A DNA stretch of 64,000 nucleotides from contig NC_086107.1 of the NCBI RefSeq assembly GCF_963921235.1, positions 106,890,001-106,954,000 on the forward strand. The letters are read 5' to 3'. Source of the DNA: Mobula hypostoma (taxonomy: Eukaryota). The notes beneath the pieces are model-generated. The model searched no databases, had not been told where the DNA came from, and worked only from the letters and a program-made list of their open reading frames with translations. Positions 1 through 12,237 of this stretch are shown here, in pieces; positions within the stretch are counted from its first letter, which is position 1; each line of letters begins with the position of its first letter. A program made the translations under genes and the position numbers.

Positions 1-519
1 CCTCAACCACTTCTTCTGGCAGCTGATTCCTCATGGATATCATCCTTTGAGCTGGAAATGTCGCCCCTCAAGTTCCTCCTAGATCTTTCTTCAAGACCAT
101 TAGACATGGTCAGCCGAAGGGCCGGTTTCCATGTGGTATAACTTGATGACTCCAAATCAGATAGAGTCATAGAGTTATACTGCTTAGTATCAGGCCTTCG
201 GCCGACCATGTCAGTGGTGACCATGTCTTATGGTGCTGAAGAAACATATAGGAGGAACTTGAGGGGCAATTTTTTTTTTTTTGACACAAAGGATGGTATC
301 TAGATGCAATCAGCTGCCGGAAGAAGTGGTTGAGTCAGGTATAAGAATGACATTTTAAAAGACACTGGGCAGATAGAGAGACTGGAAAGATTTATAAGGG
401 TTATGAGTCAAACATTGGCAAATGGGACTGACTTGGATAGGACATCTTGGTTTGGACCAGTTGGGCCAAAGAGGCCTGTTTCCATGCGGTATAATTATGA
501 CGCCTGAGGATAAAAAGCA

Positions 520-3480
520 GGAGCGGTTCGCAGCAGCGTTATAGAGCTTTGACCAGTGGCCATTCGGCGTTTGGGATTAATTAGTAAGAGCAAATTATGA
601 GAAGGCTGGGGCAAGCACAGTGGCCATCATCGGAGTGGATGTATTCAGAGTGGTGATCTTCAGGCTTCAGCAGAGGGAGGCTTTGCTCAGAGAAAGCAAG
701 TCTCAAGTTTCTTTTCTCTTCTCTTTATATCTGTTCAGCTAGGTAGCTATGACAGGGTAGTGCAGTGCTCCTCTTGCAGGATGTGGGAAGGCAGGGAGGC
801 CTCCAGTGTCCCTGACCACTATAACTGAGAGATGCATCCAGCTGCAGCTTCTAGCAAATGGCATTAAGGATTTGGAGCTGGAACTGAACTCTGGATCATT
901 TGGGAGGCTGAAGGGGTGATAGGACATATAGAGAGGTAGTTATACCCAAGGCGCAGGACATAGGAAACTGGGTGACAGGAAGGGAAAAGAGGTTAAGGCG
1001 TCAATGCAGAATACCCCTCTGGCCATCCCTCTCAACAGTAAGTATACCACTTTGGATACTGTCAGGGGAGATGAGCTAACAGTGGAAAGTCTCAGTGGCC
1101 GGGTCTCTGGCATGACCACTGCCTATGTGACTGATGGGAAGGAGGAGGAAGAAGCATGCTGTGATGGGAGGGGATCTGTTAGGGAACAGACAGGAGGTTC
1201 TATGGGTGAGAATGAGATTCCTGGATGGTATGTTACCTCCCAGATGCTAGGGTCCAGGATATCTTGGATCGAGTCCTCAGCATTCTTAAGTGGGAGGGTG
1301 AACAGGCAGAAGTCGTGGTCCATGTAGGTACCAATGATATGGGTAGGATGCGTGACGAGATTTTGCGTAGGGAGTTCAGGGAGTTGGGTGCTAAGTGAAC
1401 CCTCCAGGGTTGTGATTTTTGGGATTGCTACCTATGCCTCGTGCTAGTGAGGCTACTACTAGGAAGATTATACAGTTTAATATTTGGCTAAGAAGATGGT
1501 GTGGGGGGGGGGTCATAAGATTTTTGGATCATTGGTCTGTCTTCCAGGGAAGGTGGGACCTGTACAGAAAGGATGGTTTGCACCTGAACTGGAGGGGAAC
1601 TAGTTTCCTGGTGGGAAGTTTGTTAATGCTGCATGATGGGGTTTAAACTAGAGTTGCAGGGGGATGGGTACCAGACTGCTGGAACAATTAGTGGAGAGGT
1701 TGTGGAGGCAGATGTTGGTAAGACCTCAGACCAAGTCTGGAATCAAAAGGTTGAACATGGTGCACCAAAATCAAAAAGGGTGAATACAGGACTGTAGGTG
1801 TTGTATCTGAATGTGCACAGTAAATGGAATAAGGTAGGTGAACTTGCAGCACAGTTGTAGATTGGTAAGTATGATGTTGTAGGCATCATGGAGTCATGGC
1901 TGAAAGAAGATTGTAGCTGGGAGCTTAATGTCCAAGGCAATACATTGTATCGGTAGGATAGGCAGAAAGGCACAGGGCTGCATCACTCTGTTGATAAACA
2001 TTGAAATCAAATATTTAAAAAGAGGTGACATAGGGTTGGAAGGTGTTTCAATTGTTGTGGATAGAGCCGAGGAAATGCAAGGGTAAAAAGAACCCGATGG
2101 GAATTGTATACAGATCCCCAAACAGTAGTGTATGGGGATGTGGCCTACAAATCACAACAGGAGATAGAAGATGCTGCTCAAAGGGCAATGTTACATTAGT
2201 CATGAGGGACTTCAATATGCAGGTAGCTGGGGAAAATCAGGCTGGTGTAGGATTCCAGAAGGGAGAATTTCTAGAGTGTTTACAGAATGGCTTTTTAGAG
2301 CTGCTCAAGGTTTAGCCCACTAGGGGATCGGCTATCTGGACAGGGGATGGCGTTGCTTTGTTGGTTTAAAAAAAAAATGAGCCCACTATATTAGAGGAAA
2401 GATTCTAGCATGGATAAAGCAGTAGCTGATTGGCAGGAGGCAAAGAGTGGGAATATAGGGAGCCTTTGCTAACTGGCTGCCGGTGACTAGTGGTGTTCCG
2501 TAGGGGCCTGTGTTGAGACCGATTCTTCTTAAATTATATATCAATGATTTGCGTGATGGAATTGATGGCTTTGTTGCAAAGTTTACAGAAGATAGCTGGG
2601 GGGGGGGGCAGGCAGTTTTGAGGGCCTTAAAACAGATTAGGAGAATCGGCAAAGAAGTGGCAGATGGAATACAATGTCGAGAAATGAATGGTCATGTACT
2701 TTGATAGAGGAAATGAAAGGGTTGACTATTTTATAAATGGAGAGAAAGTGCAAAATCTGAGGTGCAAGGGGACTTGGGAGTCCTTGTGCAGGATCCCCAA
2801 AAGGATAATTTGCAGATTGAGTCTGTGGTGAGGAATGCAAATACAATATTAGCATTCATTTCAAGACAACTAGAATATAAAAGCAAGGAGACAATGTCGA
2901 TACTTTATAAAGCACTATTGATGCCTCATTTGGAGTATTTTGAGTGGTTGTGGGTCCTTTATCTTAGAAAGGATGTGCTGAAACTAGAGAGGGTTCAAAG
3001 GAGGTTCATGAAAATGATTCCCGGATTGAATGGCTTGTCACATGAAGAGCATCTGATTGTTCTGGGCCTGTATTCACTAGAATTCAGAAGAATGAGTGGT
3101 GACCTCATTGAAACCTATCAAATGGGGAAAGGCCATGATGGAGTGGATGTGGAGAGGATGTTTCCTGTGGTGGGACAGTTGAAGACCAGAGCCTCAGAAT
3201 AGAGGGGCATCCTTTTTGAACGGAGATGTGGATAAATTTCTTTCGGCAGAGGATGGTGTATTTGTGGATTTCTTTGCCACAGGCAGCTGTGAAGGCCAAG
3301 TCTTTATGTATATTTAAGGCAGAGGTTAATAGATTCTTGATTGGTCAGGGCATGAACAGATATGGGGAGAAGGCAGGAGATTTAGGCTTGGAGGAAAATT
3401 GGATCAGTCATGATGAAATGACAGAGCAGACTCAATGGACCAAATGGCCTTATCTGCTCCTCTATCTTATGGTCATATGG
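520..3480 (+). mobile_element. Degenerate, internally deleted CR1 LINE (ORF1 zinc-finger/SGNH esterase remnants, APE, RT, 3' end)
   Basis: ORF1-like remnants (CSSCRMWE at ~760; VHVGTND at ~1315; DGLHLN at 1419-1646). APE motifs (YRSPNS, RDFN) at 2043-2315. RT and C-terminal pieces at 2510-3300 (LYINDL, LERVQRRF, NFFRQR). Many stops and frameshifts. Confidence 0.9.
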
Positions 3481-3934
3481 TGTATAAAACTGCAGTCTGC
3501 ACTGGATAGCCGTAGGCTCCATTTCAGTGCAGTATTCACATCAGATAGGCAACTTCCAGAAGAAAAGACAGTATGGTGACCCCAGGGAAACCCCAGCAGA
3601 GCGCTCAACTTGAGATCTAAACAATCCAGACAAAACAACAGCACAACACCTCCATGGTGATGAGGGAATCAATAAGCAAAGCTGCTGAATTCTCATAAAA
3701 ATCACTTTAAACAAAAACTAGTCTGCACCAAAATAGCAAAGTCAGGGAGCTGCAATAAAGTGGAGCCATGACATCAGAATTCATTTTTGCACCAAATGCC
3801 AATAAAGAGAAATGCAAAAAAAAAAAAAATGCATGAGCAGTTAAAAGCATCTATGGCAGGGAATAAACAATGTATGTTTTGGGCTGCGACTCTTCATCGG
3901 GACTGAAAAGAAAGGGGAGGGAAGCCGTAATAAG

Positions 3935-4138
3935 TAATCAGCAGTTTCTGAGATACTCAAACCACCCTGTCTGGCACCAACAATCATTCCACAGTCAAAG
4001 TCACTTAGATGACATTTCTTCCCCATTCTGATGTTTGGTCTGAACAACAAATGAACTTCTTGACCATGTCTGCATTGATTTGCTGCCACATGGTTGGCTG
4101 ATGTACAGGGATATCTAATAAAGTGGCCACTGTGTGTA
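3935..4138 (-). mobile_element. Tc1-like transposon fragment
   Basis: Translates MGKKCHLSDFDCGMIVGARQGGLSISETA (Tc1 paired-like HTH start). Terminus taataaagtggccactgtgtgta matches the element at 51295-51945. Confidence 0.8.
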
Positions 4139-4359
4139 ATTTGATAGATATTCTTGTTTTACTCATTCACTGGATATGGGCATATTATCCTCATGAAGGC
4201 AGTGGACAGTGACCTTTAATCACCGCAGTCATTCACATTTAAACACTTCCACAGTGCTATCATCGTACTCACAAAGAGACAGAGACAGCACATCAACTAT
4301 ACTGACCACCAAGCACCCACTTATACTAACTCCATCTAATGATGCTATCTTTGATAATA

Positions 4360-4960
4360 CCATAAGATACAGGAGCAGAATTAGGCCATTTGGCCCATGT
4401 AATCTGTTCTGCTATTTCTGATGCATTTTCCCTCTCAGCCCCAATTTCCTATCATCTTCCCGTATCCCTTTGTGCCCTGACTACTCAATAATCAATCAAC
4501 TCCCTTAAATATAGCCAATGACATGGCCTCCACAGCTGCCTGTGGCAATGAATTCCATAGGTTCACTACTCTCTGGTGAAAAAAAATTCCTCCTCATCTC
4601 TGTTCTAAAAGGATGCCCCTCTATTCTGAGGCTGTGTCCTCTGGTCTTAGACTGCCCCACCATAGGAAACATTCTCTCCACATCCATTCTATCAAGGCCT
4701 TTCAACATCCAATAGGTGTCAATGAGGTCACCCCTCGTTCCTCTGAATTCCAATGAGTACAAGCTCATAGCCCTTAAACGCTCCTCATATGACAAGCCCT
4801 TCAATCCCAGAGTAATTTTTGTAAACCTCCTATAAACCCTCTCCAATGTCAGCACATCCTTTCTTAGATAAGGGGCCCAAAACTGCTCACAATACTCTAA
4901 ATGAGGCCTCGCCAGTGCTTATAAAGCCTCAGTGTTACACCCTTGCTTTTATACATTACA
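4360..4960 (-). mobile_element. CR1 LINE 3' fragment
   Basis: ORF 4505-4855 (-): LERVYRRFTK...SLEFRGTRGDLI...RRNFFS. Confidence 0.9.
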
Positions 4961-5039
4961 TCCTTGCTTTCTCCCCAGTAGTCTCATCAACTCCTCTGAG
5001 ATTCTACCACTCACCCGCACAGCAGGGGTGATTCAGACT

Positions 5040-5172
5040 GGATGTGGGTGGAAAGCACAGGGTCAAAGGGAGAGAGAATCTCTGTATAGACTGCACCAGG
5101 GGTTGGGATTGAATCCAGGTCTGTGGTGCTGTGAGGCAGTGCTTCTATTAACTGTGCCACTGTGCCGTCCAT
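5040..5172 (-). mobile_element. tRNA-derived SINE head
   Basis: Reverse strand reads ggacggcacagtggcacagttaa...acctggattcaatccc, resembling Pol III A and B boxes. Confidence 0.6.
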
Positions 5173-5254
5173 AAATAAAGTTGCAGTGTTTAAATCCATT
5201 AATGAAGAAAGAATGTGAATTTTAAGTTGCTCTGTATTTGCTTAATTTAATCAG

Positions 5255-5372
5255 TGGGAGTTTGCAGGGGTCATCTGCCTCGTGTATGACATCACCAATG
5301 CAGCATCCTTCAACAGCTGTACAAAGTGGCTGGAAAGGGCCCGGGCTCAGGCTCCCAACGGCCAGCTACCAG
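5255..5372 (+). CDS. IFT27: Intraflagellar transport 27 (RAB-like 4), internal coding exon
   Basis: Acceptor AG at 5253-54, donor GT at 5373. Translates [40 protein letters not shown], matching recalled human [40 protein letters not shown]. Phase 0 to 1. Confidence 0.96.
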
Positions 5373-5549
5373 GTCAGTGTGTTTATAGCGAGACAGATAA
5401 ATACTTTATTGATCCAAAAGGAAATTACAGTCTCACAGTAGCATTACAAGTGTGCAGATATACAAATATTAGAAGAGAAGTAAGAAAGAATAAAAAAAAG
5501 TTACCTTAAAAATATGATGTACGTTAAAAGAATTTATTCACTTATATGA

Positions 5550-5835
5550 TGTGGACGTCGCCAGCTATGCTGGCATTTATTGCCCATCCCTATTTTTTTT
5601 TAAGAGTCAATCACATTGCTGTGGGTCTGGAGTTACATATCGGCCAGACCAGGTAAGGACAACAGAATTCCTCTCCTAAAGGTGGGTTTTTACGATAATC
5701 AACATGGTTTCAGGGTAATCAGATTTTTTTTATTGAATTCAAATTCGCCATCTGCCATGGTGGGATTTGAACTCATGTCCCCAGCGTATAACTGGGTCTC
5801 TGGATTACTGATCCAGAGACGGTTATCACTATGCC
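5550..5835 (-). mobile_element. Old SINE with LINE-derived tail
   Basis: Reverse strand has B-box-like gagttcaaatccc and ends in gggatgggcaataaatgc. Confidence 0.55.
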
Positions 5836-6016
5836 AAATCTCCCCACAACTTGTACTTGTGCATGATTTACAAGTCAAAGACTACAATATTTTCAAAATT
5901 TCCAAGTTCATACTGATAAGAGCTCTGGGAACGTAGGAATTTGTGTGTAATTAAGGGGAAGTGTTTCGCTGTAAATCTGGTACCATAGTCACGTTGATTG
6001 TTTTATTGATTTACAG

Positions 6017-6126
6017 GAGTGCTTGTGGGCAACAAGATGGATTTAGCAAGCAGGCGAATGGTGGAGTACGCACAGGCGCAGGAATGGGCAGCCAGCCAGG
6101 GTCTGGAATACTTTGAGACCTCTGCA
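6017..6126 (+). CDS. IFT27: IFT27 penultimate coding exon (G4 NKxD and G5 ETSA motifs)
   Basis: ttacag|GA ... GCA|gtaagt. Translates [36 protein letters not shown]. Phase 1 to 0. Confidence 0.97.
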
Positions 6127-6949
6127 GTAAGTACAGGGAACAATGCCACTCTGTTTCCCTCTTCTGTCCCCTTTCTCCCCAGGGAGTTATTTGCTGGGAC
6201 CCGGGTTGGAGCAGGTCAGGCTGAGACTTATAACGAGGCCTTGGGTCATCTTTCATTATCTCTTGTAAATAACTTTAGTAGCAACTAGTTACTTGTGAGG
6301 TGTGGACAGTACTGTAAATTAGAAAAGGTGGTAGCTATTTTGCATATTGCAAGTTCCAACAAGCAGCAATGATGGTATTGAAGGAATAATTAACTTTAAT
6401 GATGTTGATTTAAATAATATTGATTTGGGGATAATTATGATTCAGAACACAGGAGGTAATCTTGTCTTCAGAACATCTTTTATGTTAACCCTTGGTTTAA
6501 TGGGTTATTTGGATTTTCTAATGGATAATTAGCTTTTATCAGTACCAGGCTGGAGATATTAACCTAAACTTTTGATTCTGATGAGTGACTTGAGTCCTTG
6601 GCTTCTGAGGTAGGAAGTGAAAGTGGGAATTCAGAGCAAGGATTGACATATGTTGAGTGAGATGACAGCAGACTAGTTGAAAAGCTCTCATTTGAATGCT
6701 GTTGAACAAGGTAATTTGGATTGGTTAGAGAGGGCAGCTGCATTAGTTTCCAGCTAGTGAGCTGAACTGTTCTGTCCAGGCTGTTAAGGGAGCTGCAGTC
6801 ATTCTCAGTGAATGTTTGTACTCATTACCTTAACCCAGCCGGCAACTTTACTCTGCTTTACCGCATGAGCGTGCAGCTGCTGCTGATGCTCCCGTGCATG
6901 AGCTGGAGGAGAAACTGCTTAACTGTGTGGAAGGGTGCACAAAGTGAAG

Positions 6950-7875
6950 ACACTAAGCACATCTTTCCCTCCCCCCCTCTCTCTGCATTCCGCAGGGATC
7001 GCTCCCTACACAACTCCCTTGTCCATTCGTCCCCCCCATCCCTCCCCACTGATCTCCCTCCTGGCACTTATCCGTGTAAGCGGAACAAGTGCTACACATG
7101 CCCTTACACTTCCTCCTTTACCACCATTCAGGGCCCCAAACAATCCTTCCAGGTGAGGCATCACTTCACCTGTGAGTCGACTGGGGTGATATACTGCGTC
7201 CGGTGCTCCCGATGTGGCCTTTTATATATTGGTGAGACCCGACGCAGACTGGGAGACCACTTTGCTGAACATCTACGCTCTGTCCGCCAGAGAAAGCAGG
7301 ATCTCCCAGTGGCCACACATTTTAATTCCACATCCCATTCCCATTCTGACATGTCTATCCACGGCCTCCTCTACTGTAAAGATGAAGCCACACTCAGGTT
7401 GGAGGAACAACACCTTATATTCCGTCTGGGTAGCCTCCAACCTGATGGCATGAACATTGACTTCTCTAACTTCCGCTAGGCCCCACCTCCCCCTCGTACC
7501 CCATCTGTTACTCATTTTTATGCACACATTCTTTCTCTCACTCTCCTTTTTCTCCCTCTGTCCCTCTGAATATACCTCTTGCCCATCCTCTGGGTCACCC
7601 CCCCCCCGTCTTTCTTCCCGGACCTCCTGTCCCATGATCCTCTCGTATCCCCTTTTGCCTATCACTTGTCCAGCTCTCGGCTCTATCCCTCCCCCTCCTG
7701 TCTTCTCCTATCATTTTGCATCTCCCTCTCCCCCTCCAGCTTTCAAATCCCTTACTCACTCTTCCTTCAGTTAGTCCTGACGAAGGGTCTCGGCCTGAAA
7801 CGTCGAGTGCGCCTCTTCCTATAGATGCTGCTTGGCCTGCTGCGTTCACCAGCAACTTTGATGTGTGTTGCTTGA
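6950..7875 (+). mobile_element. Penelope-like element, 5'-truncated: GIY-YIG endonuclease, 3' UTR and hammerhead; lies in the last IFT27 intron
   Basis: ORF 6808-7479 contains CKRNKCYTC and VIYCVRCSRCGLLYIGETRRRLGDHFAEH...RLEEQHLIFRLGSLQPDGMN, typical of PLE GIY-YIG. Followed by a pyrimidine-rich UTR. Confidence 0.92.
7772..7809 (+). ncRNA. Minimal type-I hammerhead ribozyme motif
   Basis: tagtc-CTGACGA-agg gtctcgg cct-GAAA-cg-TC-gagtg. Intact core, 3-bp stem II, palindromic ACGT stem III, one stem I mismatch. Confidence 0.8.
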
Positions 7876-8043
7876 CAAAATAATGATGTTTTCAAGGAGA
7901 GAAAGGCGAGTGACAGCAAGTAACCTTAAAGCTCTTTCCAGAGATTAGCTGGGAATGTTACATGTTGGTGTAAACGGAAGAGTTGGGGATGATTTTTGAA
8001 GTTGCATTTTGCCTTTGAGCATCTTTCACTCTTTTTTTTCCAG

Positions 8044-8142
8044 AAAGAGATGGAGAACTGCAACGCTCCATTCTTGAGCCTGGCCAAAGCATTCCATCGT
8101 ATGTACGAGGAGAAGCTGGAACACATCCGATCTATTGTGTGA
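8044..8142 (+). CDS. IFT27: IFT27 terminal coding exon
   Basis: Strong polypyrimidine tract and cag acceptor. Translates KEMENCNAPFLSLAKAFHRMYEEKLEHIRSIV*, versus recalled human [24 protein letters not shown]. TGA at 8140-8142. Confidence 0.97.
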   Translation, partial: KEMENCNAPFLSLAKAFHRMYEEKLEHIRSIV

Positions 8143-8270
8143 GGCAGCCCTTGTTGCTGTCTCTTTCTGCCCAGTAGAATGACTACTTCCTGATCAACTG
8201 ACTCCCCTGCAAAATGGCACCCTGTCTGGCTCTTACCCACCCCCTATCTCTCACACCCTGTTTCACAGTA

Positions 8271-9096
8271 CAGGTCCACAATCCTCTATCCGAAACCCTT
8301 GGGGCCAGGTGCATTTCGGAATTCAGAATTTGTCGGATTTCAGACCACCATACCAAAAACACGTGTGCTCAAGTCCCTTATTTAACCTGGCTCAGTGCGG
8401 TGGACTTTAGGACCCAGCGGTGCACCAAACCTACGCACATCCTCCCGTATACTTTAAATCATCTCTAGATTACTTATAATGCCTAATACAATGAAAATGC
8501 TATGTAAATAGTTCTTATACTGTATTGTTTAGGGAATAATGACAAGAAAAAAATTTATTTCTAACAAAAACATTCAATGAAACATAAAAATATACAGCTT
8601 CAAATGAACCGAATCAAACACATGGTAAATGACTTATTGGAATAAATGTAGGACGTCACTGTCACTATAAAGCTTCAGTAACTTGTCTTTCTGTTTATTT
8701 AAATCATATATGGTGGTACTTCTGACACTTTTTTTTCAGTAAGACGCCGCACAGACACACTACGATCAAGCTTCTGCAATAACTCCCACTTTCTGCGTTA
8801 TTGATAATGATAGATGCTTCCTTCTCTTTTTCTCATTGTTACCCATAGGGGTATCTGCAGCTTTTTTTGACACTTTCACAGTGAAATTAAACACAAAGTC
8901 AACAGTGAACACAAAATATCAGCGAACAGCAAATGCACGTGTAACCAGTACGAGCGCTGAGCCACAACTGATGTCTGGCGGCCTCTGCTAGTGCTGCCGC
9001 GTCACACCTGAGTGACGTCAACTGTTGGCGAAAATAAAAGTTTGGTTTTCGGAGCTTTTTGGATTTTGGAATTTCGGATAAAGGAACGTGCACCTG
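8271..9096. mobile_element. Non-autonomous TcMar-Tigger (pogo-like) element
   Basis: TA target duplication at 8269-70 and 9097-98. Imperfect TIRs caggtccacaatcctctatccgaaa / tttcggataaaggaacgtgcacctg. Confidence 0.85.
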
Positions 9097-9969
9097 TAGT
9101 GCATCCTGTTCCTGATGTGAACTCCATCTCTCTTACTCTACACATCTGTCTGCCTGTTTATGTCTCCCGCTTTCACACTCACACATACCTGTATACAACA
9201 GGCCAATCAGGCGATGCCTGAAAGAAGCACCAAGAGCCACTGTGTCAAGACCAGTTGCTATATATAAAGGATCAGGAAAGGCCACTGAAAACTGCATCAG
9301 TTCACGCAGTGAAGTTGGGATTAAGATACGTGTGTCTGTTTTTCCACCCAGCATTCCATTGCCCAATGCAAACATTCTGGATAGCAGACAATGCTTTCTG
9401 CTTTCCATTACCCTGACTGGAAAGATCTGTCTTCATGAGACAGAGCCATGCTATTGGTTTAAAATCCCTGGTCCAAGGTTACTTTTGTGATGTATTTTTA
9501 AAAAGAATAATTGGTTTTGCAACATTTGACTGGATAAAACTTTTTTTTTTGAAATGATTTGCTTTTAGGAATGAGAAAGCTTGTTCCAATCTGAGGACAT
9601 TTTGATTCGTAGCCATTGAAGTTGTTTCGTGTGGGTTGAAGGAAATATCTTTCTTTGACTCTTCCTCAAGATAATGTTGTAGGATATTTTACCTTAAATA
9701 CTACCAATTTTTTCATATCCTATGGTTTAAAACCTCAGATGTGAACCCCCTTTTCTCTCTCCTGATCTGCCGAGTGTTTCCACATTTTCTGTATTTATTT
9801 CTCATTTTATTTTGAGGGAAGAGGTCTTTTGGGTTGTCACATCTATGCTGGTTCTCAGCCCCAATCCCCCATTTACTTCCCTGTACCTATTTTTGTCTCA
9901 CATGCTCATCAACTGTGGTTTATTGAATGTTAGGTGAATCTGGGGAAGAATGGCAATGGTGCTGTGAGA

Positions 9970-10760
9970 GTTAACACTAAAGATATCTTGCTGTGATTAT
10001 GTAGGACACTGGTGAGGCTGCACCTAGAATATCATGTACAGGCCTGGTCTCCCTACCTACGAAAGGATTAACTAACTATTGAGGGAATGCAATGAAGGTT
10101 TTCCAGATTGATTCTAGACATGATGAAGGTGTGTGTTTGTCCTATGAGAAAAGAATAAGTCAACTTGGGTCTACAGTATATGCTCTTTAGTTTAGAAGAA
10201 AGTGCGGTGCTTTTGTTGAATATAGAACGGTACAGTTCAGAAACAGGCCCTTTGGCCCACCATGTCTGTACTGACCATGACGTTAATCCAGCTAATCCCA
10301 TCTGCTTTCACATTAATGCCTCTATTCCTTGCTTGTTGATGTGTCTGCCTAATACCGCTTGAACTCACTGGAATTCAGAAGAATGACCTCATTGCAACCT
10401 GTTGAAAGGCCTCGATAGAGTGGTTGCGGAGAGGATGTTTCCTGTGGTGGTGGAGTCTAAGATCAGAGGACACAGTCTCGGAATAGAACGGTGTCCTTTT
10501 TGAAAGCGATAAGGACGAATCTCTTTAGCCAGAGAGTGATGAATCTGTAGAATTTGTTGCCATAGGCAGCTGTGTAGGTCAAGTCATCTGAGTATATTTG
10601 AGGCAGAGAAAGATAGATTCTTGATTAGTCAGGACATCAACGGATATGGGGAGAAGGCAGGAGATTAGGGATGAGAGGGAAAATGGATCAGCCCTGATGA
10701 AGTGGCAGAGCAGACTTGATGGGCCAAATGACCTAATTCTCCTCTTGTATCTTATGGCCT
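9970..10760 (+). mobile_element. Several CR1 3' fragments, partly nested or inverted
   Basis: Recurrent CR1 3' signatures (ttcagaagaatga, agccagagagtg, gggccaaatg...cttatgg). Confidence 0.75.
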
Positions 10761-10974
10761 AAGCATTGGCGTTATATCTGCCTCTGCCACCTCCCCTGGT
10801 AGCATGTTCCAGGCACCTAGTATTCTGTGTAAGAAAAAGATCTTGCTTCACAAAACTACTTTAAACTTTGCCTCTCTAACAAACTTTTAGTATTAACCCT
10901 TGACCTCTAGCACTTGATATTCTCACCCTGGGGTAAAATGACTCTATTTGTCCATCTTGTCTATGCCTCACCTA

Positions 10975-11517
10975 CAGTACTGTGCTAAAGTTTTAGGCAC
11001 ATATTATATAGCTATGTTGTCTAAGACTTCTGCATAATACTGTATTTGTCAATGTGGAGTGAAGAGTGAGTTAGTAAATCTGGCGGGAGCAAAGGATGTT
11101 GGGAATGGTGAGGGTGGAGCGCCGTAGGAGGGGTGAGGGACACGTGGCAGAAGGAGAGTCAGTGGCAGGGGGTGGTGTGGGTGCAGACACACCCAGCCCT
11201 GAGACATTAGGCAAGGTCATTTTATTCCAAACAACTGGTTTATTGATCATTACAGAATGTCTCTCTGGTGCTTCCCACTCCCTCCCCTCTCCCTTCCCCT
11301 TTTCCCAACCATGATTCCCCTCTCCCTGCCCCCTTCCCACTCTCAGTCCACAATAGAGACCCATATCAGAATCAGGTTTATCGTTACTCACATATATCAT
11401 GAAATTTTTTTTTCATGGCAGCAGTGCAGTGTAATACATAAAATTAGAACAGTGCCGTGCAAAGATCTTAGGCACCCTTGCTATATAAATGTGCCTAAGA
11501 CTTTTGCAGAGTACTGT
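10975..11517. mobile_element. Tc1/mariner-type MITE with paired short inverted repeats at both ends
   Basis: A cagtactgtgc.aaag..ttaggcac motif in forward/reverse pairs at 10976-11044 and 11450-11517. Confidence 0.6.
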
Positions 11518-12237
11518 CATTTTATGTATTTCTATCAGGTCACCCCTCAGCTCGTTATGCTCAAGAAAAAATAATCCAAGTTGTCCAAACTTTTCTATTA
11601 GTTAATACCTTCCAATTTGAGTGACATTCTGGTAAATCTCTTCTACACCCTCTCCAAAGCCTCCACGTTCTTCTTCTTGTGTGGCAACCAGAACTACACA
11701 TTATCCAAATGTAGTCTACCTGAAGTTTCATAGAGCCGTAACGTGACTTCCCACTTCCCAGCTTTTATACTCAATTGGAACATACTGTTCTCTGCATTAG
11801 CTGAATGATTATCACTTTTAGGGGAATTTAATTACGAACCTCTGGTATCAGGATATCTCACTGTTCATGATGATATACATATTGAAAGTAATTTTGTGTA
11901 ATGGATTAGCTAGCTAGTTTAAACAAGATTTTTTTTTATCACTAATGTCAAATCAAAGAATCCAGCACTGATTGCAGGATTTTAATCTGAAACGTTGACA
12001 ATTTTCCTTACGGATGCCGCATGACCTGCTGAGTTCCTCCAGCAGTTTATTTTTTGCTAAAGAACCCAATTTGTGTACAGATTCATGGAAAAATATGTAG
12101 GTCACTTGGCCATTAAGCCTGCTTGTTTTATTCCTGAGTTCCTGCTCTCTTATCTGCCAAAGCAATCACAAGAACCCTATCAGATAAATGCTGACAGTGA
12201 TTAGGACAGGCAGTTAGAGGCCTGGTCAGAGGGAAGG

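Noticed and set aside
6808..6950. N-terminal extension of the GIY-YIG ORF as a domesticated gene
   Set aside because: Non-ATG start in flanking intron sequence that is open by chance. The element is simply 5'-truncated.
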